Below the pieces are notes generated by a model, which searched no databases, was not told the origin of the DNA, and was given only the letters and a program-made list of their open reading frames with translations. Both the position numbers and the translations under genes were made by a program. From the NCBI GenBank assembly GCA_934155645.1, contig CAKPHC010000001.1, positions 31,015 to 95,014 on the forward strand: a DNA stretch of 64,000 nt, in the 5' to 3' direction. Shown here piece by piece: positions 1 to 9,290 of this stretch. Origin of the DNA: an uncultured Bacilli bacterium (lineage in GTDB: Bacteria > Bacillota_I > Bacilli_A > RF39 > UBA660). How positions within the stretch are numbered: the first letter of the stretch is position 1; the number at the start of each line of letters is the position of its first letter.

Positions 1-63
1 AGCGTCGTAGTTATTTACAACTTTTTCCAATACACGAAGTAATATATAAATATCAATCCAATA

Positions 64-1374
64 TTATTTTAGCATATAATAAGTATTTTTACCAGTGCCT
101 GATTGGATTAAAGTATTATTGCTTATCATATTGTTTAAAATATCAATAGCTCTAGTTTTAGATACATCAAGTAATGATTCTACTATTATTCTATTTATTT
201 TATTATTTTTCTTTAAATATTCAATAATTTGTTCTTCTTGTGTTAAATTAGTTGGTAGAGTTTTGACGCTATCATTTTCAATATAATTGACATTATATAA
301 AGTTACTTTGAATACATTTTCGGTATCCAATATTAATGGTTGCTTATCAAAGCCTTTATATGATTCAATGATTCTTCCAATACCAGTTCCGAAACTTTCT
401 ACGTATTTTAATCTATAAAATATATTTGCTAAATTAGGATTTCTTGATTCGGAAACACCATTGTATAAATCTTCTATATTAAGACCCTTGATTAATCCAC
501 CTAAAGATGTAATTTCAAAATGATCATCAAATAATGATATTAATATACTACCCGTAAAATGATAATCACGATGTATAACAGCATTTAATAAAGATTCTCT
601 AATTGCATATTCTGGATAATCTCTTGTATCAATTCTCTCTAAACCTATAATTTTTCCTTTAGTTTTGTTATATAAATCTAAATATTCAAATGTATCATTT
701 ACTTGCTTTAGTACTGAACCAGTAAATTCTTTTCTGTCTTTAAATTCTAATTTGCTATTTCCGTTAAAAATAGCACATTTTATTGAATAAGGGCATTCAT
801 CTGATAAAAGCAACCCTAAATTAGTATATTTATTATTTAAATTAACAATATTTAATGCTTTAAATTTATTATCATTAATTTCTATGTTGTGGTTTTTAAA
901 AATATTTTTCAAATATTCAAAGTGTAAATCTTGAACACTTGAAACATTATTTTCAAAAGAATTGCTATTACTTTCTATTAGCATCTTTTTTATAACTTCT
1001 TCACTTGCTTGTACTGATGCGTTTCCGTGTCTTAAATAAACACCTGCCGATTTTAAACCTTTATCAGATAAATAATATGGTTTATTTGGTGCTTCACTAA
1101 TTTTAACTATAATTATATCTTTATCTTCAATTCTTTCTATATATATTTTAGTATAAAGCGTTAAATCTGATTTAATACCTTCACGTATCATTCCGCTCAA
1201 TGATTCTAAATCTTTATTAGCATCTTTTAAGCCAATAACATTTCCACCGTCATCAATGCCAATATAAATAGTTCCATTATTAGTATTAGCGAATGCAACA
1301 ATTTCTTTTTTTATATCTTTAGTTAATTCAACTTTTAATTCAGTATTTTGATCTTCTATGTACATTTTTATCAC
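64..1374 (-). CDS. Putative transcriptional regulator with an AlbA_2/Schlafen-like N-terminal domain and a RecG-C-terminal-like (HATPase_c_4) domain
   Basis: 436-aa ORF. The N-terminus (VAFANTNNGTIYIGIDDGGNVIGL) resembles the divergent AAA/Schlafen AlbA_2 domain. The C-terminal region resembles the RecG-like helicase C-terminal HATPase fold. A good RBS (AGGTGA) lies upstream. Confidence 0.55.
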   Translation of the reverse strand: MIKMYIEDQNTELKVELTKDIKKEIVAFANTNNGTIYIGIDDGGNVIGLKDANKDLESLSGMIREGIKSDLTLYTKIYIERIEDKDIIIVKISEAPNKPYYLSDKGLKSAGVYLRHGNASVQASEEVIKKMLIESNSNSFENNVSSVQDLHFEYLKNIFKNHNIEINDNKFKALNIVNLNNKYTNLGLLLSDECPYSIKCAIFNGNSKLEFKDRKEFTGSVLKQVNDTFEYLDLYNKTKGKIIGLERIDTRDYPEYAIRESLLNAVIHRDYHFTGSILISLFDDHFEITSLGGLIKGLNIEDLYNGVSESRNPNLANIFYRLKYVESFGTGIGRIIESYKGFDKQPLILDTENVFKVTLYNVNYIENDSVKTLPTNLTQEEQIIEYLKKNNKINRIIVESLLDVSKTRAIDILNNMISNNTLIQSGTGKNTYYMLK

Positions 1375-1413
1375 CTAATAATATTATATACAAAAATAAA
1401 AATATTATCAATT

Positions 1414-1446
1414 GATTCGACCACTTTTCGACCGCTTTTCGACCAG
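1414..1446 (-). promoter_or_regulatory. Three phased direct repeats (GGTCGAAAAG, 11-bp period) upstream of the regulator gene, followed by a -10 TATAAT and an RBS
   Basis: TTCGACC occurs at 1416, 1427 and 1438 on the plus strand. The repeats are relatively GC-rich and sit immediately 5' of the 64..1374 gene. Confidence 0.4.
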
Positions 1447-1461
1447 CACTGTTTTTTGTAT

Positions 1462-1495
1462 TAAAAAATCGAACTAAAAAGTTCGACTAAATATC
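1462..1495 (-). terminator. Intrinsic terminator after the tRNA-Gly/tRNA-Cys pair
   Basis: On the minus strand: AGTCGAAC-TTTTTA-GTTCGA followed by TTTTTTAATAC. Confidence 0.45.
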
Positions 1496-1499
1496 AATT

Positions 1500-1573
1500 T
1501 GGAGCGGACAAGGAGAATTGAACTCCCGCCTCGACCTTGGCAAGGTCGCATTCTACCACTAAACCATGTCCGC
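1500..1573 (-). tRNA. tRNA-Gly (anticodon GCC)
   Basis: The reverse complement reads GCGGACATGGTTTAGTGGTAGAATGCGACCTTGCCAAGGTCGAGGCGGGAGTTCAATTCTCCTTGTCCGCTCCA. It has a cloverleaf, GTTCAATTC T-loop and an encoded CCA. Confidence 0.85.
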
Positions 1574-1578
1574 ATTTA

Positions 1579-1652
1579 TGGAGGGCCTAGTCGGATTTGA
1601 ACCAACGATCAGGGAGTTGCAGTCCCACGCCTTACCACTTGGCTATAGACCC
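1579..1652 (-). tRNA. tRNA-Cys (anticodon GCA)
   Basis: The reverse complement reads GGGTCTATAGCCAAGTGGTAAGGCGTGGGACTGCAACTCCC...GGTTCAAATCCGACTAGGCCCTCCA. The D- and T-loops are typical of tRNA-Cys. Confidence 0.8.
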
Positions 1653-1703
1653 ATCATATTTATTCACTTGCAAATATTATTTTACACTAAACAGACTAAG
1701 TTG

Positions 1704-2159
1704 TCAATTTAAAATGTATGCAAATAAATTTAAATATGATGCAAATAAAACCCATAATAAGTAAGGAATCTGTAAAAATGCAGCTACTCTATTTTTTGAA
1801 TAAAACTTAACAATCATCGTTACAACTAAAGCTAATAAAATAAGAATCCAAATAAATGCTAATAGTCTTAACTTAAATACAAAGAAAATAATTGGCCATA
1901 AAAGATTAACAACTAATTGTATATAATAGATTGATTTAGTGTCAAAATCCATTAATACATTACTATCAATTATTCCATAAGAAATTCCCATTAACAAATA
2001 AAGAATAGTCCAAACAATTGGAAACACAAATCCTGGTGGTGCTAAAGGTGGCTTATTTAACATATTATAATCCATCGATGAAGAAATTAATAATCCCACT
2101 ACTCCACCTAATACTAATGGAATTAAAATACTTTTAATATAAATCTTTACTTTATTCAT
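1704..2159 (-). CDS. tspO: TspO/MBR family tryptophan-rich sensory protein
   Basis: Contains PPLAPPGFVFPIVWTILYLLMG and W-rich transmembrane helices. The start was moved to the internal MNKVK, which has a perfect RBS (AGGAGGAG). Confidence 0.7.
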   Translation of the reverse strand: MNKVKIYIKSILIPLVLGGVVGLLISSSMDYNMLNKPPLAPPGFVFPIVWTILYLLMGISYGIIDSNVLMDFDTKSIYYIQLVVNLLWPIIFFVFKLRLLAFIWILILLALVVTMIVKFYSKNRVAAFLQIPYLLWVLFASYLNLFAYILN

Positions 2160-2224
2160 AGCTCCTCCTATTATTATTCTATTAGAATAAGAAGGAAATA
2201 TGTAAAAAATAGTTACCAACGTAA

Positions 2225-3823
2225 CTATCTCAAAATATAAGTATAAATTTTATCCATGATTATAAAATCCAAATAAATATTATCAGCATTTAGCGTTTCA
2301 CCTGCTATTTCATAATACTTATAATCATTAACAGCACTTGGTGTTACATTAGCCATATTAAAACTTTGATTATATTCTTTACCATCTATTACATATCTAA
2401 TATGTCCAAATTCTGACAATAAATTACTGTTTAACTTTTCATTATAAATATTAGAATCAATATCTATATTAGCATTAATCTTTATTATAAAAGCATTATA
2501 ACTAGTATTTACAGTAGGTACAATAAAATCTTTGAATGTGTAACACTCTTTTTTACATTGTTTATATTCATAAGTAAATCTATTAGCAATTTCAAAATTA
2601 TTAATTGTTATACTACTATTACCTAAAATAGTTTTATTAAAAGTTAATTTCTCTCCTATTTTTGCTTCATTAACTTTAGTTTGTTTTTTTATAGTAAGTG
2701 GATTCAAATTAATTCTTTTATTAATGTAAATTCTTTCACCGTTATTAACTTTATAACCACTAGTATACTCTAAAACTTTATTACTTTTAGCTAAATCTTT
2801 ATCTACTTTAAATATAACAATAAATACAGTCTCTTTACCACTATCAACAGTAATATCACTAGATGTAGTACCTAGTCCTAAAAAATAGTTTTTATCTTTT
2901 ATATCAACTTGGTATATTTTATCTTTAATAATTAAACTAAATTTCTTTAATGCAAAAGTAATACTTTCTTTTGAATCATTTTTTACTTTTACTCTTGCTA
3001 CAGTATAACTATTTTTATTTTTAGTTATATCATTACCAAAATCATCTGTATCTAATTGATAACTATTTAGAACAGTTAATTTTAATCCAAAAGAACTTAT
3101 AACTTCATTTTCTTTATAAACTCTATTTTTTACATAAAAATTATTATGTAAAATAACACCACTAATTACAAGAACAATTCCTGTTACTAACATAATTAAA
3201 ACTCTATTTTCCTTAAAAACATACTTTGCATTACGCATTCTTCTACGAAATCTAGTTTTAACATCAAAATTATCAATATCTATATCAAGTTCAAATTCTT
3301 CATTATCATTTTCTGTAGCTTGTAACTCCATTAAATCCTTTTGAAAGTTAAACTTTTTAATATTAAAACCAATAGCTCTTACAAGTGATATTAACAAAAA
3401 TGGAACTTGCCCTAATACCATTACTAATAAGGAATCTCTTCCTATTCTAAGTAATAAAACATCTACTTTATTAAATGCAATACTGTTTAACTGTACACTT
3501 ACAAATATCAAATCTAAAAACAAAACAATATAATAAGCAATCAAAATTAAATAATACTTTAATGGCTTATCCTTGGCTCTCATTAACATAAAAATAATAA
3601 AACTAAACATTATAGCTAAGAATATTGCCAAATAAATATAAGGCCCTAAATATATTTCAGATAAGTTATCTATAACATCATATGTTCTTGCATCAATATA
3701 ACTATTTAGGAAAGATAAAAGTTTATTAGTTTTTAAAACAATAAAAAGCAATATAGCAGTTAGTATTAAATGAATTAACTTAAAGTGCTTTATCAAAAAC
3801 GCATACGGTTTTCTTAATATCAT
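2225..3823 (-). CDS. Polytopic membrane protein with a large C-terminal extracytoplasmic domain (hypothetical)
   Basis: 532 aa. Several N-terminal transmembrane segments are followed by a soluble domain. A strong RBS (AAGGAGGAT) is present. Confidence 0.5.
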   Translation of the reverse strand: MILRKPYAFLIKHFKLIHLILTAILLFIVLKTNKLLSFLNSYIDARTYDVIDNLSEIYLGPYIYLAIFLAIMFSFIIFMLMRAKDKPLKYYLILIAYYIVLFLDLIFVSVQLNSIAFNKVDVLLLRIGRDSLLVMVLGQVPFLLISLVRAIGFNIKKFNFQKDLMELQATENDNEEFELDIDIDNFDVKTRFRRRMRNAKYVFKENRVLIMLVTGIVLVISGVILHNNFYVKNRVYKENEVISSFGLKLTVLNSYQLDTDDFGNDITKNKNSYTVARVKVKNDSKESITFALKKFSLIIKDKIYQVDIKDKNYFLGLGTTSSDITVDSGKETVFIVIFKVDKDLAKSNKVLEYTSGYKVNNGERIYINKRINLNPLTIKKQTKVNEAKIGEKLTFNKTILGNSSITINNFEIANRFTYEYKQCKKECYTFKDFIVPTVNTSYNAFIIKINANIDIDSNIYNEKLNSNLLSEFGHIRYVIDGKEYNQSFNMANVTPSAVNDYKYYEIAGETLNADNIYLDFIIMDKIYTYILR

Positions 3824-3959
3824 AACCTTATCCTCCTTATTCTAGTATTAGTATACATTATTTTTATCTTAAAAAAAAGAATATTCATAAATATTCTTAA
3901 TAATTGACAAATACTTTTATTTTATCCGGTTATTTAATTTTAGGTCAAAAAAATAGTGC

Positions 3960-5177
3960 TTATTTAAAATAAACACTATAAATATTATTATAATTATATT
4001 GAAATTCTTTACTACTTAAAATTATCTTAGTACCAGTATCATTATACCTATACAAAGAAGTACCATCAATATAGTAAATATTATCATTTACAACTTGTAT
4101 TTCTTTAGCATTAGCATTATGAAATAAGAATATTCTTTTAGTTAAGTCCTTCTTATAAACTTTATAAAAATCATTGTTACTGTTACGATAATAATAGTAT
4201 TTATCAGATTCAAAAGCTTCTACATAATTATCTTTTATCGAATATTTCTTTGCAAACTTAATTTCAGTATTAGAAAATTCATATATGTTTTTAGTAGACC
4301 ATTCTTCACCATCATAATATTGACCGTTTGTATTCTTATCACCTACTATACGGTAACTTTTCTTAAATGGATTAATTTCATATTGTACAAAATTACTTTT
4401 ATCAAATATATATAACTTATTATCTACTACTCCATTTACATATAAATTAGTAGAAATATTATCTTCTAAACGTAAATTATCAATGCTTTCATCTTCCATA
4501 TTGATAATTAAAAAAGCGGAATATTCAGGTTTCTTTTCATATTTTGGCAATATATAATACTTACCAATTAAAGTACCTAAATCATTGTGATAAACATCAT
4601 AATTAGAAAATGCTATTCTACTATTTTTACTTCTGTTTATTTTAACAAGTCTTTTATATGTATATACAATAACATTTTCATTATCTTCAAAGTTTTCCTT
4701 ATATACATCCATCAAACTAACAACAGATGACTTACTAGAAGATACATACTTATTTTTATCAAACTTATATAGAGTATTAATAAATTCATCTAAATTATAT
4801 TTATCTTTAATACTAGCATAAGAACGTTGTTCTCCATTAACATCACAAATTATATCACTCTTAACTTCTTTTATATAACTAGGTGATATACAAGTTAACT
4901 CATCTTTTTCATAAACCTTTATATCATTAATAACTTTTTTCTGCTTATTAAAAATATTATCAATATCAAAAACAAATTCCTTATCATCATATTTTACTTT
5001 AAAAAAGTAATAATCATTATCCTTTGTTTTAGAGTACTCTTCGTAAACAGTAGCATCTTTAGAATTAATACTTATAGAATAATCTAACTTATGCTCCTTT
5101 TTAAAGAAAGTTACCCCAAATTGAAATATCAATAATAATATACCTAGTACTATTACAAAATTAAATATTTTCTTCAT
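3960..5177 (-). CDS. Secreted Tyr/Asn/Lys-rich hypothetical protein
   Basis: 405 aa with an N-terminal signal-peptide-like segment (KKIFNFVIVLGILLLIF). Confidence 0.45.
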   Translation of the reverse strand: MKKIFNFVIVLGILLLIFQFGVTFFKKEHKLDYSISINSKDATVYEEYSKTKDNDYYFFKVKYDDKEFVFDIDNIFNKQKKVINDIKVYEKDELTCISPSYIKEVKSDIICDVNGEQRSYASIKDKYNLDEFINTLYKFDKNKYVSSSKSSVVSLMDVYKENFEDNENVIVYTYKRLVKINRSKNSRIAFSNYDVYHNDLGTLIGKYYILPKYEKKPEYSAFLIINMEDESIDNLRLEDNISTNLYVNGVVDNKLYIFDKSNFVQYEINPFKKSYRIVGDKNTNGQYYDGEEWSTKNIYEFSNTEIKFAKKYSIKDNYVEAFESDKYYYYRNSNNDFYKVYKKDLTKRIFLFHNANAKEIQVVNDNIYYIDGTSLYRYNDTGTKIILSSKEFQYNYNNIYSVYFK

Positions 5178-5237
5178 ACTACCACCATTATTAGTATATC
5201 AAAAAAATAGTTGCTATAACAACTATTTTTAATTTAA

Positions 5238-5684
5238 CTATTTATCTTTCTTTTCTTTACTTGGGTAAAGTTTCTTTGCTTCCATCATATATGATGAAAT
5301 AGCAGTTTCAATTTCATCTAAAGCACGTTTGTCTATATTAGATAAAGTTACAAATTCTTTAACAGTATCAATATATATTTTACCCCAAATCATACTAGAT
5401 AAAACTTTTAAATCATTGAACATATCAGGTGTAATAGAATCTAAGAAATAACCAAATACCGCTCTTTTTCTACCAATCAATATTCTTTTATTAGTAAGAG
5501 TTACAACTGCAGTTGAAAATATATCTAATGAACTAGAACTCTTTTGAGCAGCAAAAGCATAAATTACATGTTCATCAGGATTCATATACTTTTCTACTAT
5601 TTTAGAGTTAGCTTTTAATCTCCATGCAACTGTCATTGGATATTTACTTTTGAATTCTTTTACTTTTTTATATACAGCACCCAT
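5238..5684 (-). CDS. Small bacterial PH-domain-like protein (hypothetical)
   Basis: 148 aa. The LTNKRILIGRK motif is typical of bPH-type folds. RBS GAGGAAT. Confidence 0.35.
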   Translation of the reverse strand: MGAVYKKVKEFKSKYPMTVAWRLKANSKIVEKYMNPDEHVIYAFAAQKSSSSLDIFSTAVVTLTNKRILIGRKRAVFGYFLDSITPDMFNDLKVLSSMIWGKIYIDTVKEFVTLSNIDKRALDEIETAISSYMMEAKKLYPSKEKKDK

Positions 5685-5687
5685 ATA

Positions 5688-6215
5688 TTATTCCTCAACT
5701 TTATTTATTTCAGTATATGTTCCAATTAATGAAACTAATTCTGTTAAGTTTATATTACCAAGATTCATATCTAATAATTTACCATCTTTTACAAGTAGAA
5801 TTGTAGGAGTTCTAACACCATCAACACTATATCTTTCTTCTTGAACAGAACCATATAATGAATATACTTCATCTGCTTCAGCATTAGTAATACTGCTAGT
5901 ATTTAAATAATTAACAGTAAAGTCATAATCATTAACTAATTGTTTCATAATAGGTTCTTGTTTTTGACAGTAACCACATGTAGGACTAGCTAAATAGATT
6001 AATGATACTTCACTACCATTTAATAAGGTTTTGTATTCAGTCATATCTATATTATTTAATGATACTTCTTTCTTTACACAAGTTCCACAATTTTTTAATT
6101 CAGGAATTACAAATGCAAGTCCAAACACTAAAATTAAAGATAAAATAACAATAATTACTGTTTGAATCTTTTCTAGTTTTGTTCTTCCCTCTACATTATT
6201 AGTTTTCTTTTCCAT
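5688..6215 (-). CDS. Membrane-anchored thioredoxin-like thiol:disulfide oxidoreductase (TlpA/ResA-like)
   Basis: An N-terminal transmembrane segment is followed by the CGYC active-site motif (ASPTCGYCQKQEP). RBS AAGGAGG. Confidence 0.7.
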   Translation of the reverse strand: MEKKTNNVEGRTKLEKIQTVIIVILSLILVFGLAFVIPELKNCGTCVKKEVSLNNIDMTEYKTLLNGSEVSLIYLASPTCGYCQKQEPIMKQLVNDYDFTVNYLNTSSITNAEADEVYSLYGSVQEERYSVDGVRTPTILLVKDGKLLDMNLGNINLTELVSLIGTYTEINKVEE

Positions 6216-6343
6216 AATAACCTCCTTAATACCCTTTTATTATAACATAATTAATAATTTTATTACTACGTTTTTCACCATTTTTTCAAAATCACTCATA
6301 AATAATTAAAAATAATAATAAAATTTAAAGCAAGGAGGCAGAA

Positions 6344-7255
6344 ATGACAATAGGAATACCAAACGCACTTCTATATCATAAATACAAAGATTTATGGATT
6401 AATTTTTTTAAAGAATTAAAAATAAATGTTTTAATAAGTAATAAAACCACCAAAAGAACTCTAGAGGAAGGAATCAAATATGCTCAAGATGAAGCATGCT
6501 TATCATTAAAAATATACTTAGGACATGTAAAAGAACTAATTAATAAAGTTAATTACATATTAGTACCAAGGATTATTAGTATCAATCCCCATGAAAAAAC
6601 ATGTACTAACTTTGCCCTTCTATATGACTTAATCAACAACACTTTTAACTGTAAAATACTTAACTATAATATTGATGTTGATAAAAAGAATTATGAAATA
6701 GATTCATTTATCGAAATGGGTAAAACTTTAGGAAAAAGTAAAAGAGAAAGCAAAAAAGCTTATTTAATTGCTAAAGAAAAAGAACAAGAAGCACTAGATA
6801 AAAGATTAAGAAGGCAATTACTTGAATTAAAAAGTCCTTATCCTAAAATACTTATAGCAGCACATCCCTATAACTTATATGATGAATTAATTGGAATACC
6901 AATAATTAATTTTTTAAGAAAGAATAAAATTACACCTATATTTTCTGACATTTATAATAATATTAAAACTAATTACGAGTGTAGTTATATAAGCAATTCT
7001 ATTTATTGGACTTATAACAAAGAATTACTAGCAGCAATTACTCATTATAAAAATAAAATAGATGGAATAATTCTTATAAGTTCATTTCCATGTGGACCAG
7101 ATTCATTAAGTAATGAAATGATTACTAATAAGATAAATAACATTCCTATTCTATCCATTATTATAGATGAATTAAATAACTCGAGTGGATTAATTACAAG
7201 ATTAGAAAGTTTTATAGATATCATTAATATGAAAAGAGGAATAACAAATGGATAA
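6344..7255 (+). CDS. CoA-enzyme-activase-associated DUF2229-like protein (2-hydroxyglutaryl-CoA dehydratase D-component-like)
   Basis: First gene of a three-gene module with overlapping stop/start codons. N-terminal MTIGIPNALLYH...DEACLSLKIYLGH. Confidence 0.5.
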   Translation: MTIGIPNALLYHKYKDLWINFFKELKINVLISNKTTKRTLEEGIKYAQDEACLSLKIYLGHVKELINKVNYILVPRIISINPHEKTCTNFALLYDLINNTFNCKILNYNIDVDKKNYEIDSFIEMGKTLGKSKRESKKAYLIAKEKEQEALDKRLRRQLLELKSPYPKILIAAHPYNLYDELIGIPIINFLRKNKITPIFSDIYNNIKTNYECSYISNSIYWTYNKELLAAITHYKNKIDGIILISSFPCGPDSLSNEMITNKINNIPILSIIIDELNNSSGLITRLESFIDIINMKRGITNG

Positions 7256-8324
7256 TCGAAAAGTAAGTTTTCCTCATTTAGGAAATTATTATATTCCTAT
7301 AAATTATTTATTAAATAAATTGTTAAAAATAAAAGTAATACCTTCTCCACCAATTACAAAAAGAACAATTGAATTAGGAAGTAAATACAGCCCAGACCAA
7401 GTATGTTTGCCTTTTAAATATAACTTAGGTAACTTTATTGAAGCATTAGAAAACGGTGCAAATATATTGATACAAGCTGGTGGTGGATGTAGATACGGTT
7501 ATTATGCTGAAGTTCAAGAAACTATATTAAAAAAGCTAGGATACGATTTTGAATTCTATACTTTAGTAAACACAGATAAATTCACAGTAAAATACTTATA
7601 TCAAACTTTTAAATCAATAAATCCTAATCTTTCTTTTATAAAATTCGCATACTACACTCTTCTTACCTTATTAATGATTAATTATATGGATAATATCGAT
7701 GATTACATTAGAAAAAATATTGGATTTGAAGTTTATAAAGATAGTTTTACTAATATGCAACGAAAGATGTTTAAAAGTTTTACTAATTCAAACAGTTTTA
7801 TTAAATTAACAACAAAATATTTAAAATATAAAAGAAAGTTTAAGAAAATAAAAATTAATAAGCCAAAGAATTGTTTAAAAGTTGGTGTTATAGGAGAATT
7901 ATATACATCAATGGAACCTTTCTCTAGTTATTTCATTGAAAGAGAATTAGCTAAAATGAATATCGAAGTAAAAAGATTTACAAATGTAACTTATCTTTTA
8001 ATAAAGAAAAAACATCATACTAAAAAGATGCTTAAATATGTAAAAGAATACATGAAATATACTATTGGTGCGGATGGATTAGATAATATTTACCGGACTA
8101 AAAAACTAATAAATGAAGGATATGATGGTTTAATTCATATAAAGCCGTTCGGATGTACTCCTGAAATTGGAGCTATTCCAATAATTAAAAAAGTTTGTTC
8201 CAATTACAAGATGCCAATTATATTTTTCTCTTTTGACACCCAAACCAGTGAAGAAGGAATAAAAACTAGATTAGAAGCTTTTTATGATATGTTGAAAATG
8301 AGTAAGGAGGATAAAAATGAATAA
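7248..8324 (+). CDS. Second DUF2229-like activase-associated protein
   Basis: Overlaps both neighbouring genes. Contains the conserved PDQVCLPFKYNLGN motif and a GCTPEIGA motif. Confidence 0.5.
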   Translation: MDNRKVSFPHLGNYYIPINYLLNKLLKIKVIPSPPITKRTIELGSKYSPDQVCLPFKYNLGNFIEALENGANILIQAGGGCRYGYYAEVQETILKKLGYDFEFYTLVNTDKFTVKYLYQTFKSINPNLSFIKFAYYTLLTLLMINYMDNIDDYIRKNIGFEVYKDSFTNMQRKMFKSFTNSNSFIKLTTKYLKYKRKFKKIKINKPKNCLKVGVIGELYTSMEPFSSYFIERELAKMNIEVKRFTNVTYLLIKKKHHTKKMLKYVKEYMKYTIGADGLDNIYRTKKLINEGYDGLIHIKPFGCTPEIGAIPIIKKVCSNYKMPIIFFSFDTQTSEEGIKTRLEAFYDMLKMSKEDKNE

Positions 8325-9270
8325 ATGTGCATTAGGTATAGACATTGGTTCTATTTCTACTAAAGGTGTTATTATAGATGAAAATAACAATATAATTAAA
8401 AGTGCTTATATTGAAACTAAAGGTAACCCTATCGCTGCGGTTAAAGAATTAATTACTATTTTAAAGGAAAATTTTGATAGGAATTTGTATAAAATTGTTC
8501 ATGTTGGTACAACTGGTTCAGCTAGAAGATTAATTGGTACTATTCTTGGTGCTGATACAATTAAAAATGAAATAACTGCTCATGCTATAGGTACTATATC
8601 AAAATATCCAAATGTTAGAACTATACTAGAAATAGGTGGACAGGATTCTAAAATTATTTTAATTGAAAATCAAATAGTAACAGACTACGCAATGAATACT
8701 TTATGTGCTGCAGGAACAGGTGCATTTTTATCAAGTCAGGCCAAAAGATTAGGTGTAGATGTAAATGATTTTGGTACTATTGCCCTATCATCCAAAAATC
8801 CAACTAAAATAGCAGCAAGATGTACTGTTTTTGCTGAATCTGATTTAGTTCATAAAGCTGGTTGTGGTTATAAAAAAGAAGATATTATTGCAGGTTTATG
8901 TTACAGTGTTGCTAACAATTATTTAAATAATGTTGGTAAAGGTAAAAAGATACTTCCGCCTATTATTTTTCAAGGTGGTGTAAGTAAAAATATCGGAGTA
9001 CAAAAAGCATTCAAAGATATTTTAAAAGAAGATATAATTGTTGATAAAAATGGACATTTAATGGGAGCATTAGGTATTGCAATTCTATCATGGAAAAGTA
9101 AGTATGAAAATGAATTTAATTTTGAAATAGTCAATACCAATTTTGAAACCAAAGGTTTAGAATGTCCAAAATGTCCTAATCATTGTGAAATAATATGTAT
9201 AAAAAAAGAAAATGAATTATTAGATGCTTGGGGTAATCGTTGTGAAAACGGTCTATCCAATTTATACTAA
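8317..9270 (+). CDS. BadF/BadG/BcrA/BcrD (HgdC-type) ATPase, CoA-substrate-specific enzyme activase
   Basis: ALGIDIGSISTKGVIID acetate/sugar-kinase fold and an ASKEL-like ATP site. The C-terminus carries a Cys cluster, CPKCPNHCEIIC. Confidence 0.65.
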   Translation: MNKCALGIDIGSISTKGVIIDENNNIIKSAYIETKGNPIAAVKELITILKENFDRNLYKIVHVGTTGSARRLIGTILGADTIKNEITAHAIGTISKYPNVRTILEIGGQDSKIILIENQIVTDYAMNTLCAAGTGAFLSSQAKRLGVDVNDFGTIALSSKNPTKIAARCTVFAESDLVHKAGCGYKKEDIIAGLCYSVANNYLNNVGKGKKILPPIIFQGGVSKNIGVQKAFKDILKEDIIVDKNGHLMGALGIAILSWKSKYENEFNFEIVNTNFETKGLECPKCPNHCEIICIKKENELLDAWGNRCENGLSNLY

Positions 9271-9290
9271 TCATCATTTTCTTTTTAATT

